The position numbers and the translations under genes are program-made. The notes under the pieces were generated by a model. The model had not been told where the DNA came from and did not search any database. It worked only from the letters and a program-made list of their open reading frames with translations. Below, piece by piece: positions 42,186 through 53,800 of a stretch of DNA of 64,000 nucleotides. Location of the stretch: the NCBI GenBank assembly GCA_951406725.2, contig OX597822.1, positions 24,366,001 to 24,430,000 of the forward strand, in the 5' to 3' direction. Each line of letters starts with the position of its first letter. Positions within the stretch are counted from its first letter, which is position 1. This DNA is from Octopus vulgaris (lineage: Eukaryota).

Positions 42186-42928
42186 TGAGGGTTGAGTCAG
42201 AAAGTAACATGCAGTTTTTATTTGCACTGCTTTTTGAATTACCCTTAAAAATGCATGAGAATTATTAAAAAGGTAATTCTTTTGTTTGCTTCAATCATTT
42301 GACTGCAGCCATGCTGGAGCACCGCCTCTAGTTGAACAAATCAACCCCAGGACTGATTCTTTGTAAGCCTAGTACTTCTATCAATTTCTATTGCCAAACC
42401 ACTAAGTTACAGTGATATAAATACAGTGGTGGGGGAGAAACATAAATACGGATGATGGGGGAGAAACATAAACATACAAATACATACACACACACACACA
42501 CACACACACGATTGAGTGCCATGATTGACTGCTAAATCCACAAGATCTTTTTATTCTCTCTCTGTTTATTTCCTCGTGTTCCTTTCTATTGAAGAGCATA
42601 GGCTCATAATGTAAAAGACTTTCTCACTTTCCTGAGCGTCAAACTAATACATCTGCTTGCTATTTATACACCTGTTTTTGTTTTTTGTTTTTTTGTAAAT
42701 TTCAACTATATATACATATATACAATGGGCTTCTTTCAGTTTCTGTCTATCAAATTCACTCGCAAGGCTTTGGTTGGCCCGAGGCTATAGTAGAAGACAC
42801 TTGCCCAAGGTGCCACACAGTGGGACTGAACCCAGAACCATGTGGTTGGGAAGCAAGCTACTTACCACACAGCCACTCTTGTGCATAATGCAGATAAAAA
42901 TTGCATTACTTTTTCCTACTCACCCTCA
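42186..42928. mobile_element. Tc1/mariner-type MITE containing nested insertions
   Basis: TA|TGAGGGTTGAGTCAGAAAGTAACATGCAGTTTTTATTTGC ... GCAGATAAAAATTGCATTACTTTTTCCTACTCACCCTCA|TA. Confidence 0.7.
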
Positions 42929-43059
42929 TAATATATCCCCATGACTGGACAGATTTTCTCAAAAGACTGAAAATGAGGGACACCACATTTATAACAGCAG
43001 TATTAGTTTACAATTATCAGATGATGTCAAAATGAAGCAGTGCAACTTCCTATTCCCAC

Positions 43060-43302
43060 CAGGGCCGGTGCTACGAGGTGAATTGTCAGTGGGGCCCTCT
43101 ACTCTACAAAAGCTGAAGTTTGATGTTTTATACTTCGTACTGTATACCAGTCCCAGTCCCAAAGCATTGAGGCCTTGAGGCTCCACCACTAACCTCAATA
43201 ATATACTAAAAGTTCATCATAGAATCCCCTGGTTGAGTATGTGCACTGGGCCCCTTCTTGGCTCAGGGTTGAATTTTTCTAATTGGCTTAAAACCAGCCC
43301 TG
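43060..43302. mobile_element. hAT-like MITE
   Basis: CAGGGCCGGT...ACCAGCCCTG termini; the 8-bp flanks are only partly similar (ATTCCCAC / CACCCCAC). Confidence 0.55.
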
Positions 43303-43589
43303 CACCCCACCCCACCCCAGATAGGTAGATAAATAGACAAATAGACATACATTGAACTTCTTTTGGTTTCTGTCAATCAAATCCACTCACAAGGCTATGG
43401 TTGGCTTGGGACTATAGTACAAGACATTTGCCCAAGGATCCATGTAGTAGGACTGAACCTGACACCACATGGTTGAGAAGCAAGCTTCTTAACCACACAG
43501 CAAACAATGATAGTGAATATTGGAGGAAACAAATGAAGCAAAAACTTATCTCCCATGTTGTTTGTTGATCATTTTTGCTGGTTTCTTAC

Positions 43590-43732
43590 CTTAATGACTG
43601 CTTTCCAGAGGGCGCTACCCATACCAACTTTTCGACAACAGGAGGTGACATAGAAATCTTCCACATAAAGGTATTTTCCTTGCCAAGGGTCATAACCAAA
43701 GAAAAACAGAATATAACCACCAATCTTGCCAG
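43590..43732 (-). CDS. SAT: SAT-like acetyltransferase, internal exon with acetyl-CoA binding motif
   Basis: aattgcag|CT acceptor, AAG|gtaag donor; 143 nt, phase 1-0. (A)GKIGGYILFFFGYDPWQGKYLYVEDFYVTSCCRKVGMGSALWKAVIK: YDPW, EDF and R-x-x-G-x-G motifs. Confidence 0.93.
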
Positions 43733-44559
43733 CTGCAATTTTAAAATGAAAACAGAAAAATAAAAAGGAATTATGAAGAAAAGAATTTTTTTTAATAATC
43801 ATTAGAAGTGATTAAACTGAAATTAAATAATTACAATGTGAAAGAAGCATTATTAGTCACTTGAAAACACACAGGAACTTCGTTTGAACATTTATTATTT
43901 GGTGTAAAAATTTTCCTCATGCCAACTGCAGCCTGGTCACTGACATGGTTCCACTCAAGTGAACAATGTCAGATTGCAACTAATATGATGAGAATTTTGA
44001 CATCAGATATTGGTTTCACATTTTGGTACAAGGCCAGCAATCTTGGTGGAGGGGGTTGACCCCAGTACTCAACTGGTATTTTATTGATTCTGAATGGACG
44101 AAGGGCAAAGTGAACCTCAGCAGAATTTGATCTCAGAACATAAAGAGGGACAAAATGCTGCTAAACATTTTGCCTGGGGTGCTTAGGGTTCTACCAGCTT
44201 GCTGCCCTTTTGACATCAAATAATAAATGTTTAAGTGAAGTTAACAGTTTTTGAGTGCTTTTTCGAATGGTTAAGGTGTCCCTTCCATGCTCAACACACA
44301 ATCTCGGATCAACTGCCTTGAAGAAGTTTTAGTCAAGCAAATCAACCCTAGTACTTATTTTTTTTTAAGCCAGGTACTTACTTAATGAGCTTATTGTGTG
44401 TAGTGCACCTGAGCACTACTTATTCTATCAGTCTCTTTCATGAAACCGCTAAGTTATAGGGATGTAAACAAAACAACACTGGCTGTCAAGTGGTGGTAGA
44501 GAACAAACACAGACACAATGATACCCAAGGATAAACGATGGGTACTGAAAATTTAGTGG

Positions 44560-45224
44560 ACCAGTTAATTAGATTTTATTCAGCATATTCCCCTTTCAGA
44601 TTCATACACTTATTGTAGTGGTCCTTCAGTTTTTCTAACCCCCGTGAAAGAGCTCAGAAGGTCGGACCCTGAACCAGGCCTTTCACAACACCCATAAAGC
44701 CAGAAACTTTTCAACAACCCCTCATATATATATATATACACACACAAGGGTTGCTGAAAAGTTTGTGGCTTTGGGTAAAAGAAAATGCAGGAGGACCAGT
44801 TCATTGATGCAGTCATCTGGTTCGCCAGTCCTCAGTCAAATTGTCCAACCCATGCTAGCATGGAAAGTGGACGTTAAACGATGATGATAATGATGAAGAT
44901 GATATTCCCCTCTCAGATTCACACACTTCTTGCAGTGGTCCTTCAGTTTCTTAAAGCCCTGTAAAATAACCCGGAAGGTTGGGCCTCCAACCAGACCTTT
45001 TACGATACTCTTAAAGCCAAGTCTAGAACATTTACCCTCCATGGACAATAACTCCCCACCAAGGACAACAGATGATTTAAAACTTCTTAATATATTAGAT
45101 AGGGGGTAATTAACCAAGGGGGAGATAATTGTTCTTCAGGGTAGTTGTTGTTAGGGGGAATTGTCCTACGGAGGGTAATTGTCTTCATACATTTAAAACC
45201 AAGAACTTTTGAGTAACCCCTTGT
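44560..45224. mobile_element. Two adjacent mariner-type MITE remnants
   Basis: TIR-like AGGGTTGCTGAAAAGTTT(C/G)TGGCTTT at ~44695-44725 (rc), ~44746-44772 and ~45195-45222 (rc); the internal sequence is repeated. Confidence 0.6.
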
Positions 45225-45227
45225 AGA

Positions 45228-45286
<59 letters not shown>

Positions 45287-46418
45287 CAGACTTGTTAAGC
45301 TTCTGTCTATCAAATCCACTCACAAAGCTTTGGTTGACCTGAGGCTATAGTAGAAGACACTTGCCCAAGGTGTCATACAGTGGGATTGAACCCCATGTGG
45401 ATGGGGAGCAAACATCTTACCACATGGCTATGCCTGTTAATAACAATTATTAATCATTAAATAGAATGAGTGAGCAAAAAAAACTATATCATATTTATTT
45501 TCTAGATCACCAACACAGTGAAAGTTATGAATACATAGACAAACATATGAAGTCCCACATATATGCTTACTCATGTTCTCAAATTAGGCCCATGATGGCC
45601 TTATATTTGCAGGATGGGTTCAAGACTGAACTGAATGTTTTCATTAATATTTAACAATCTTGATTCAGTCACCTATACTGCCCAAACTGCTGGTGATTTT
45701 TTAATATGTAAACAAAACATGTGACTAATTTAACTCATTTACATATCGGGTCAAAGTTTCTCAACTCTGGTATCAATTACAAAAGAGTAACAATATGAAG
45801 TAGGTTATAAATAAATCATGTATATATTTACATACATACATATACATATGTAGCTATGTATTTCTTTATTGTCCACAGGTGGACAAACCAGGACAGACAA
45901 AGTGATTAAGTCGATTACATTGACCCCAGTGCGTAACTGGTACTTATATAATTGACCCTGTAAGGATCATCATCGTTTAACGTCCGCTTTCCATGCTAGC
46001 ATGGGTTGGATTATGACTGAGGGCTGGCGAACCAGATGGCTGCACCAGGCTTCAATCTTGATCTGGCAGAGTTTCTACAGCTGGATGCCTTTCCTAATAC
46101 CAACCACTCCATGGGGCCAGTCAGGCAGCACTGGCAACGATCTCGCTCAAATCTTTTGCACATGCCACCGGCACAGATGCCATTAAGGTGATGCTGGTAT
46201 TGATGACGCTCGAATGGTTTTCTTTTATGTGCCACTGGCACGGAAGCCAGATAGCCACTCTGGAAACGATCACACTCGGATGGTGCTTCTAATACCCTAA
46301 GGCAAAAATTGACTACAGCGGAATTGGAACTCAGAACATAACGGCAGACGAAATACCACTAAGTATTTCACCCAGTGTGCTAACAATTCTGCCAGCTTGC
46401 CACCCTATAAGCATCTAT

Positions 46419-47083
46419 ATATAATCCAAATAATATAACAAAGAAATACTTTAACACATCTTTAACGATCAGTTAGCATTGTTTCTGTACCAACTCTGCT
46501 TCCACCACCAGTTTGCACCAAAATTTGAAGTGAAAATTTACAAATATTTGTGGTTTTAGACATTAGAGTGGCACTTCTTCAAACTTGCATCAAGTGCTAC
46601 ACTAATGTCTAAAGCCAAAAATATACTCTCTTTTTACTCTTTTACTTGTTTCAGTCATTTGACTGTGGCCATGCTAGAGCACCACCTTTAGTTGAGCAAA
46701 TCAATCCCAGGACTTATTCCTTGTAAGCCTAGTACTTATTCTATCGGTCTCTTTTGCTGAACCGCTAAGTTATGGGGATGCAAACACACCAGCTCCAGTT
46801 GTCAAGTGATGTTGGGGGGACAAACACAGATACACAAAGATATACACACACATACACACATATATATATACATATATACGACGAGCTTTTTTCAGTTTCC
46901 GTCTACAAAATCCACTCACAAGGCTTTGGTTGGCCTGAAGCTATAGTAGAAGACACTTGCCCAAGGTGCCACTTTGAATTTTTGAGTAAACTGATGATGC
47001 AAGCAGAGTGGGTACAGAAACAATTATAAATGATCAGTAAAAATGTGTTAAAGTATATCTTTGTCTTATTATTTGAATTATAT
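46419..47083. mobile_element. Foldback (palindromic) element centred at ~46584, right arm split by a family B SINE
   Basis: 46419-46531 is the reverse complement of 46970-47083; central hairpin at 46544-46624. Confidence 0.8.
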
Positions 47084-47254
47084 TTTACTTTTCATCACAC
47101 CCACATAACGGTTTTACTATCGTGAAGCCATGATTTTCTACATCTGAAGAATTTCGGTATTAGTCTGGAATCCGACTGTGGTGATAGCCCAGAACTTGGG
47201 TTGAGTGCTCCATAGGAAATACCCTAACTTTATATCCTACGAGGACCTTATATA

Positions 47255-47530
47255 TCTATTATATAAAATCTGTTCTGTCTGTCTGTGTGTGTGTCTTCTA
47301 GGATCTCGGGCATCCTCCATCCGATTGCACTCAAATTTGATATGTAGATACCAAGGGTATCAGGGCATGTATAAGTCTTGAAAAAGTTACAAAAATCGAT
47401 TCCAGGTGAGAATGTGATCGATAAAGTGAATAAAATCATTTTTCTTTGGAATAGAAAAAAAGTCTATCTTTATTTCTTCTTTTGCTGGTGTCTCAAATTT
47501 AGGTTAAATCAGTGTTTCTCAAAGGGGAGG
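47255..47530 (+). mobile_element. Helitron-type non-autonomous element, 5' part (a similar terminus may lie at ~57505, -)
   Basis: A|TCTATTATATAAAATC...(GTCT)(GT)n start resembling the 10573-10933 element; the 3' end was not identified. Confidence 0.5.
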
Positions 47531-47911
47531 CCCATGAGACGGTCGGACAAGTTGTTTTGAGAAAATTTGGTTTAAATGTTTGACAAGTCAGCACCGTCAT
47601 TTGGGTGGGCGGGGGTGGGGTGGCGTTTTGCTCTTATATACATACATACATACATAGTCATATCTGTGCACATGCAAAGATGAAAGTAAATTAGAATAAT
47701 CAGGTTGCATGTGAGGTGACTGACATGAGGCAATCATCACCACATACACACTCAAAAACATACTTATATTGCATATATACATATATACCCACATATAGTG
47801 TCAGAACATCAACCATGTATAGTTTTTCTTTATTTAAAAAATTTTTTTTATTAATTACTTAATCAAGAAGAAAGAGAGATTTGTTAAATGACAGAAATAC
47901 AGAAATCTCAC

Positions 47912-47995
47912 CTAGTTCAGAGTCATCGTCGGGGCTACATTCTGCTACTAGCAAATGGAAATATTTATGCTTTCCAAATCCATGTTGTTTTAGAA
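47912..47995 (-). CDS. SAT: SAT-like acetyltransferase, 84-nt internal exon
   Basis: ttttccag|TT acceptor, G|gtgag donor; phase 1-1. (x)LKQHGFGKHKYFHLLVAECSPDDDSEL matches SSAT L..DGFG.HP.YHCLVAE and joins in frame to 43732. Confidence 0.9.
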
Positions 47996-48015
47996 CTGGA
48001 AAATACAATAATAAC

Positions 48016-48054
<39 letters not shown>

Positions 48055-48612
48055 GATGATGATGATGATTTCATTTATTTGTCACAAGGGTGAAGGATGA
48101 GGGGCAATGCAATGACAGACATAAAGTGTGGAGGTTTACATATAATGAAATGATTAAAAAAAAAGTAAGTAGGTAAGTATACACTGAAAAAGAAGGGATA
48201 ACCAAAATATAACAAATGACAAACAGAAAGAGAGAGGCTAGAAGAAAGAGAAATGTATGTGTGTGTATGTATATATATATATATATATATAGTTAATCCA
48301 AACATGAAAGCACAAAAAAACACAACAACGCGAGGATGTGGAACAAATATAGTATTATTGGAAGCTCAGGGAAAGTTCACAAAAAACAAAAGATGAAGAC
48401 AGGTGGTGTAGAAAACAAACAGATATATTAGTATAACGCTCAGGAATAGAAAAAGTCTTTTACGTTTCGAGCCTACTCTCTTCCCCAGAAAGGGACACAG
48501 TAAAAACAAGGAGAGAAAAAAAATGTGTGTAGTGGCTAACGATCTATCATGGTGACTATATATATATATATATATATATATCATCATCATCGTTTAACGT
48601 CCGCTTTCCATG

Positions 48613-48671
<59 letters not shown>

Positions 48672-50026
48672 TGAGAGATTGAGATAAGAGAAGCAGGTAG
48701 ATATACAAAGAGATAGTTAAAAGGAAAGAAAGAAATATAGAGACTTAGAGGTATACATACAGCAAAAAAGAAAGATATCAATATGTATCATTCTCTCCTG
48801 CACTCTCATAGATTTGAATAAATAATAATAAAAATAACGAGCACTCAGAGAATGCAAAACTCTGCCAAGGCAACATCAACGTCCTCTCAACAATTAACCA
48901 GAGATGATATTTAAAATGAGAATATCTGAAATAAACTCAACTGCTCTCACAAACAAGAATACTACAAATGAAACTGACTGCTCCCAAAAATTAAGTAAAA
49001 AACAGGAAAAAATAATCCAGAATCCTTGTCCAGTACCGGATCAACTCCAAAATATAATCAGTTTGTACCAGTCACAAGGCCAAACATCCCTGAAAGTTTC
49101 ATCTGAATCCATCCAGCGATTCTTGAGATATCTTGTCCACAGACCAACTAACAAACAAACAAACATGACTGAAACAATGCTTCCGCCTTCGCTAAGGCAG
49201 AGGTAATAATAATCATTATTATTAGGGCAGCAAGCTGGCAGAATTGTTAGCATGCCAGGCGAAATGCCTAGCAGTATTTCATCTGCCGTTATGCTCCAAG
49301 TTCAAATTCCACAGAGGTCAACTTTGCCTTTCATCCTTTCAGGGTTGAATAAATAAGTACCAGTTATGCACAGGGATCGATGTAATCGACTTAATCCCTT
49401 CGTCTGTCCTTGTTTGTCCTCTCTATATTTAACCTCCTGTGGGCAATAAAGAAATGAATAATCATTATTTAACATCTGTTGTCCATGCTGGCATGGGTTC
49501 AGCAGTTTGACCAGAGCTGGCAAGCTGGGGAGTTGCACCAGACTCCAGTCTGATTTGGCGTGGTTTCTACAGTTAGATGCCCTTCCTAACACCAACCGCT
49601 TTACAGAGTGTGCTGGGTGCTTTTATGTGGAACCACATGGTCACTTTTACATGGCACCATATGGGTGCTTTTGCAGCAACACATACAAATGTTACAAGCC
49701 AACAAGCCTTACACAAGTCGCCCAGCCTGCTAGAAATACCAGCAAAATCTCTCTCACATCAACTAAGGCAGTCTTATAATAGACAAAACATGTGGTGCAA
49801 TATAGTTGCTGATATGCAACAAGCTAGGATGTTTATGGCTGACAGTTCACCTAACGGACAATAAAATGTATCACACTCCTATATTTAAGATTATGATGGT
49901 TTGAGAGAGATTTAGCTGCTATTTGTTTACAGAGTGAGTGACATTACAGAGAGTACATTGTTAGCTTGTGTGTTTGTTAGAAGACCTGTGGGAAAAAGTT
50001 GCTAACTAATGTGTTTTCCATTTAAG

Positions 50027-50175
50027 AGGAGATTCTGAAGTCGTCTGGAGGCCATGGTTGAAGCCAATTGTGATTTTATTGAATAAATTTACTCTTTAGT
50101 ATTTCAAGATATTTTTATGTAATTTTGGTAAATATATCTGTTAAAATGAGATGTCAGTGTTATTTTCATTTTTGC
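50027..50175 (+). mobile_element. Tc1-like transposase 3' remnant
   Basis: RF*SRLEAMVEANCDFIE* resembles the Tc1 C-terminus RL.AV..A.G..IE. Confidence 0.6.
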
Positions 50176-50354
50176 GTAGAAGTGGCTGTGTGGTAAGTAG
50201 ATTGCTTATGAACCGCATGGTTCCGGGTTCAGTCCCACTGTGTGGAACCTTGGGCAAGTGTCTTCTACTATAGTCTCAAGCTGGCCAAAGCCTTGTGAGT
50301 GGATTTGGTAGATGGAAACTGAAAGAAGCCCGTTGAATAAATATATATATATAT

Positions 50355-50897
50355 CATCATCATTTAGCATCCGCTTTCCATGCTAGCATGGGTTGGACGG
50401 GTCAACTGGGGTCTGTGAACCTGGAAGGCTTCGTCAGGCCCAGTCAGATCTGGCAGTGTTTCCACGGCTGGATGCCCTTCCTAACGCCAACCACTCCGCG
50501 AGTGTAGTGGGTGTTTTTTACGTGCCACCTGCACAGGTGCCAGACAGAGCTGGCGAACGGCCACGAACGGATGGTGCTTTTACGTGTCACCGGCACGGGG
50601 GCCAGCCGAGGCTGGCAACGGACACGAACGGATGGTGCTTTTACGTGCCACCGACACGGTTGCCAGACAGAGCTGGCGAACGGCCACGAACGGATGGTGC
50701 TTTTACGTGTCACCGGCACGGGGGCCAGCCGAGGCTGGCAACGGACACGAACGGATGGTGCTTTTACGTGCCACCGACACGGGGCCAGACAGAGCTGGCA
50801 AACGGCCACGAACGGACGGTGCTTTAACGTGTCACTGGCACGGGGCCAGGCGAGGCTGGCAACGAACACGAACGGATGGTGCTTTTACGTGCCACCA
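50355..50897 (-). mobile_element. Family E element (putative RTE 3' UTR) with an internal ~61-bp tandem array, inserted in a family B SINE
   Basis: (CAT)n-TTTAGCATCCGCTTTCCATGCTAGCATGGGTTGGACGG end shared with ~41715-42030, ~45965-46290, ~49460-49680, ~54530-54845 and ~61950-62160. Confidence 0.75.
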
Positions 50898-53800
50898 TGT
50901 ATGTATGTGTGTGTGTCCCCAACATCACTTGACAACCAATGCTGGTGTGTTTACGTCTCCGTAACTTAGCGGTTTGGCAAAAGAGACCTATAGAATAAGT
51001 ACTAGGCTTACAAAGAATAAGTCCTGGGGTCGATTTGCTCGACTAAAGGCGGTGCTCCAGTATAGACACAGTTAAATAACTGAAACAAGTAAAAGAGTAA
51101 AAGCATAATTTAGATGACAATATATTCACTGGACTCTGTATAATACATATTAACTACTCTGGCAATCCCTTGGTTATGATAATGAGTGTTCCAGTTGATC
51201 GAATCAATGGAAGAGCCTGCTGAGAAAATTAGCATGCGAGTGGTTGAATACTCCAGTTACAAATACCCTTAATGTAGTTCTCCAAATGTGACAAGGCTGA
51301 CCCTTTGAAACACAGGTTCTACTTTTTGCCATCTGAGTGACTGGAGCGATGGGAAATAAAGTGTATTGCTCAAGGACACAACATGCCACCAAGTATTGAA
51401 CACATGACCATACAATTGTGAGCTGAATACCCTAACCACTAAGTAATGCATCTTCACATATTTGAGAAGACCCTTAACCCCTTGTGGGGTCATTGAGGCA
51501 CTGCAGCCATGCAGCGTATCCAGGGCAAGGAAACCTGGCAGAGTTCATCTCTCTCTAGGCTAAACTCATTTATACAGCTGAGTGAACAGGGGCAACGTGA
51601 AGTGAAGTGTTTTGCTCAAAAACACAATGGATTGCCCGGTTCAGGAATCGAAACCACAATCTTATGATAGTGAGTCCAATACCCTAACCACTAAGCCACA
51701 TGATTCTTCATATATACTACATATATAAAACATATATGATGCGAAAAACAACCTGCAGACTGCGACAGTCAATAAAATAGAAATAAAATTAAAATATTTA
51801 TTCTTTCTATGTGGCATGGTACTATGTGATCCACGGACTGGTGTTTGCGGACCCTTGGCTTGAGGAAGTGAAATGAAAGAGTGTATAGCAAAGCTGGCCT
51901 CGGAAGGATTTGAGCTCAGTGTATAGGAGGCTGGCAGAAATTCCATTAAGAATTCTATCCAACATTCTTACAACTTAACCAGTTCAGCACCATTAAACCG
52001 ATCATACAAATAAATTGAGCCAAAACAGGAAAGGATTAACCGGAAAAACATTCCACTAGCTTGTGTCATAATTAGAGAAAGGTCTGTCGCTGAGTATGTT
52101 GCTAGGATAAGAAGAACAAAAAAAAAAAAAAAAAAAAAAAGGGAAGAAAATGATGTGCTTAGTTCAAGAATTCGGTCTGAACAGGAAGAATGCCAGAAAT
52201 AGCAAATAAAGCATTGCTAGTCATTAAGTCATCATATGCCATTTGTAGCAGCATGAAATATTATCTTCTCGTCAATATTGAGCCACTTAACATATCTCTC
52301 ACTAGTGATCACTGATGCTTTCACTTGCTGTTCTGTGTTTATTGAACACAGGATGGATTTTAGCATAATGTACATGGAACCAGATCAAATTGCTGAATAA
52401 TAATATATACATACACATAAATATAGATACATATTGATTTCCAATTTTGGCATCAGGCCACCAATTTCAGGGGAAAGGGGGAAAGGGTAAGTCGATTATA
52501 TCCACCCCAAAAGTTATGAAAGGCAAAGTCAACCTTGATGGTATTTGAACTCAGAATATGTGAAGACAGACAAAATGCCACTAAGCATTTCACCCGGCAT
52601 GCTAACGACTCTGCCAGCTCACTATAAATATGTCCACTCTGCTGAGTGATTGGTGTTAAGAATGACATCCATCCAGCTGTAAGAATCCTGCCAAAACAGT
52701 TACAGAAGTCTGGTGCAAGCTTCTGCCTGGACGGTTCTTGTCAAACCTTCCCACCCATACCAGTATGGAAAGTGGCCGCTAAACAATGATGATGATGATG
52801 AGATATATATATATATATATTTGGTGTTAAGAAGAGCATCTAGTTAAAGATACCATATCAAAACAAACATGGAGCTTGAGTAACTTCCCATCTGGCCAGC
52901 TCCTGTCAATCTGTCCAACCCATGCCAGCATGGAAAACATGTTGATGATGATGATGACACACACATATACATTAAGGATTAAAAGCAGCTCGATTAATGT
53001 AACCATTGTTCGCACATATGTAGGTATTGGTTGGCCCAAGGATATAGTAGAAAACACACACCCAAGGTGCCACGTGGTGGGACTGAACCTGAAACTATGT
53101 GATTGGGAAGGAAACATCTGACTCATGCAGGCATAGAAAAGTGGACGTTAAAACAATGATGATGAACAGTATCATAGCTAAATTTTACAACCTAGGAGTC
53201 TCTACATAGTTACAAGACTTGCTGCATGTAACAACTAACTCTCATTCAAACCCACATAGTTATTTTAAAATTGAAAAAATAAAAAAATAAAGATAAAAAA
53301 AAGACAAAGGCTGGACACCTGTGAACATATAATCCAAGGTACACTATGGCTGAAAACAAAACAGATGGGATGGTCAGGACTAGAACATTTGATCATAGGA
53401 GTATTAGATCAGAGCTGAGTACAGGTTTACATTCCACCATCATCACCACCACCACCACCACCATTGCCAATACTGGTTTACAAAAGCAGGCTCCAAGTAC
53501 AATTTATGTTCGTTAAACACAAAATTTGCAATTCTAATCATTAACATAAATGTACCTTGAGGTGTTAATTATAGTTACCATGTTTGATGGAATAGACGGT
53601 AAAGAGGAAGGACCCCTTTCAGTCATGTATGACCATAGATTTGCACCTAGAAAGTGACCCTCTGAGGCACAAGCCCATACATACCAGCCTCTCCTCTCCA
53701 TGCAACCAATGTTATCCAAGAGAAAAGGCAAAGAAAGTCGACCTAGGCAGAATTTGAACTCAATGTAAACAAGACAAAATGTCACTAAGCATTTTGCCTG

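Noticed and set aside
50510-50897. CRISPR-like repeat-spacer appearance
   Set aside because: The 'spacers' alternate between two related sequences, there are no cas genes, and the context is a eukaryotic retroelement.
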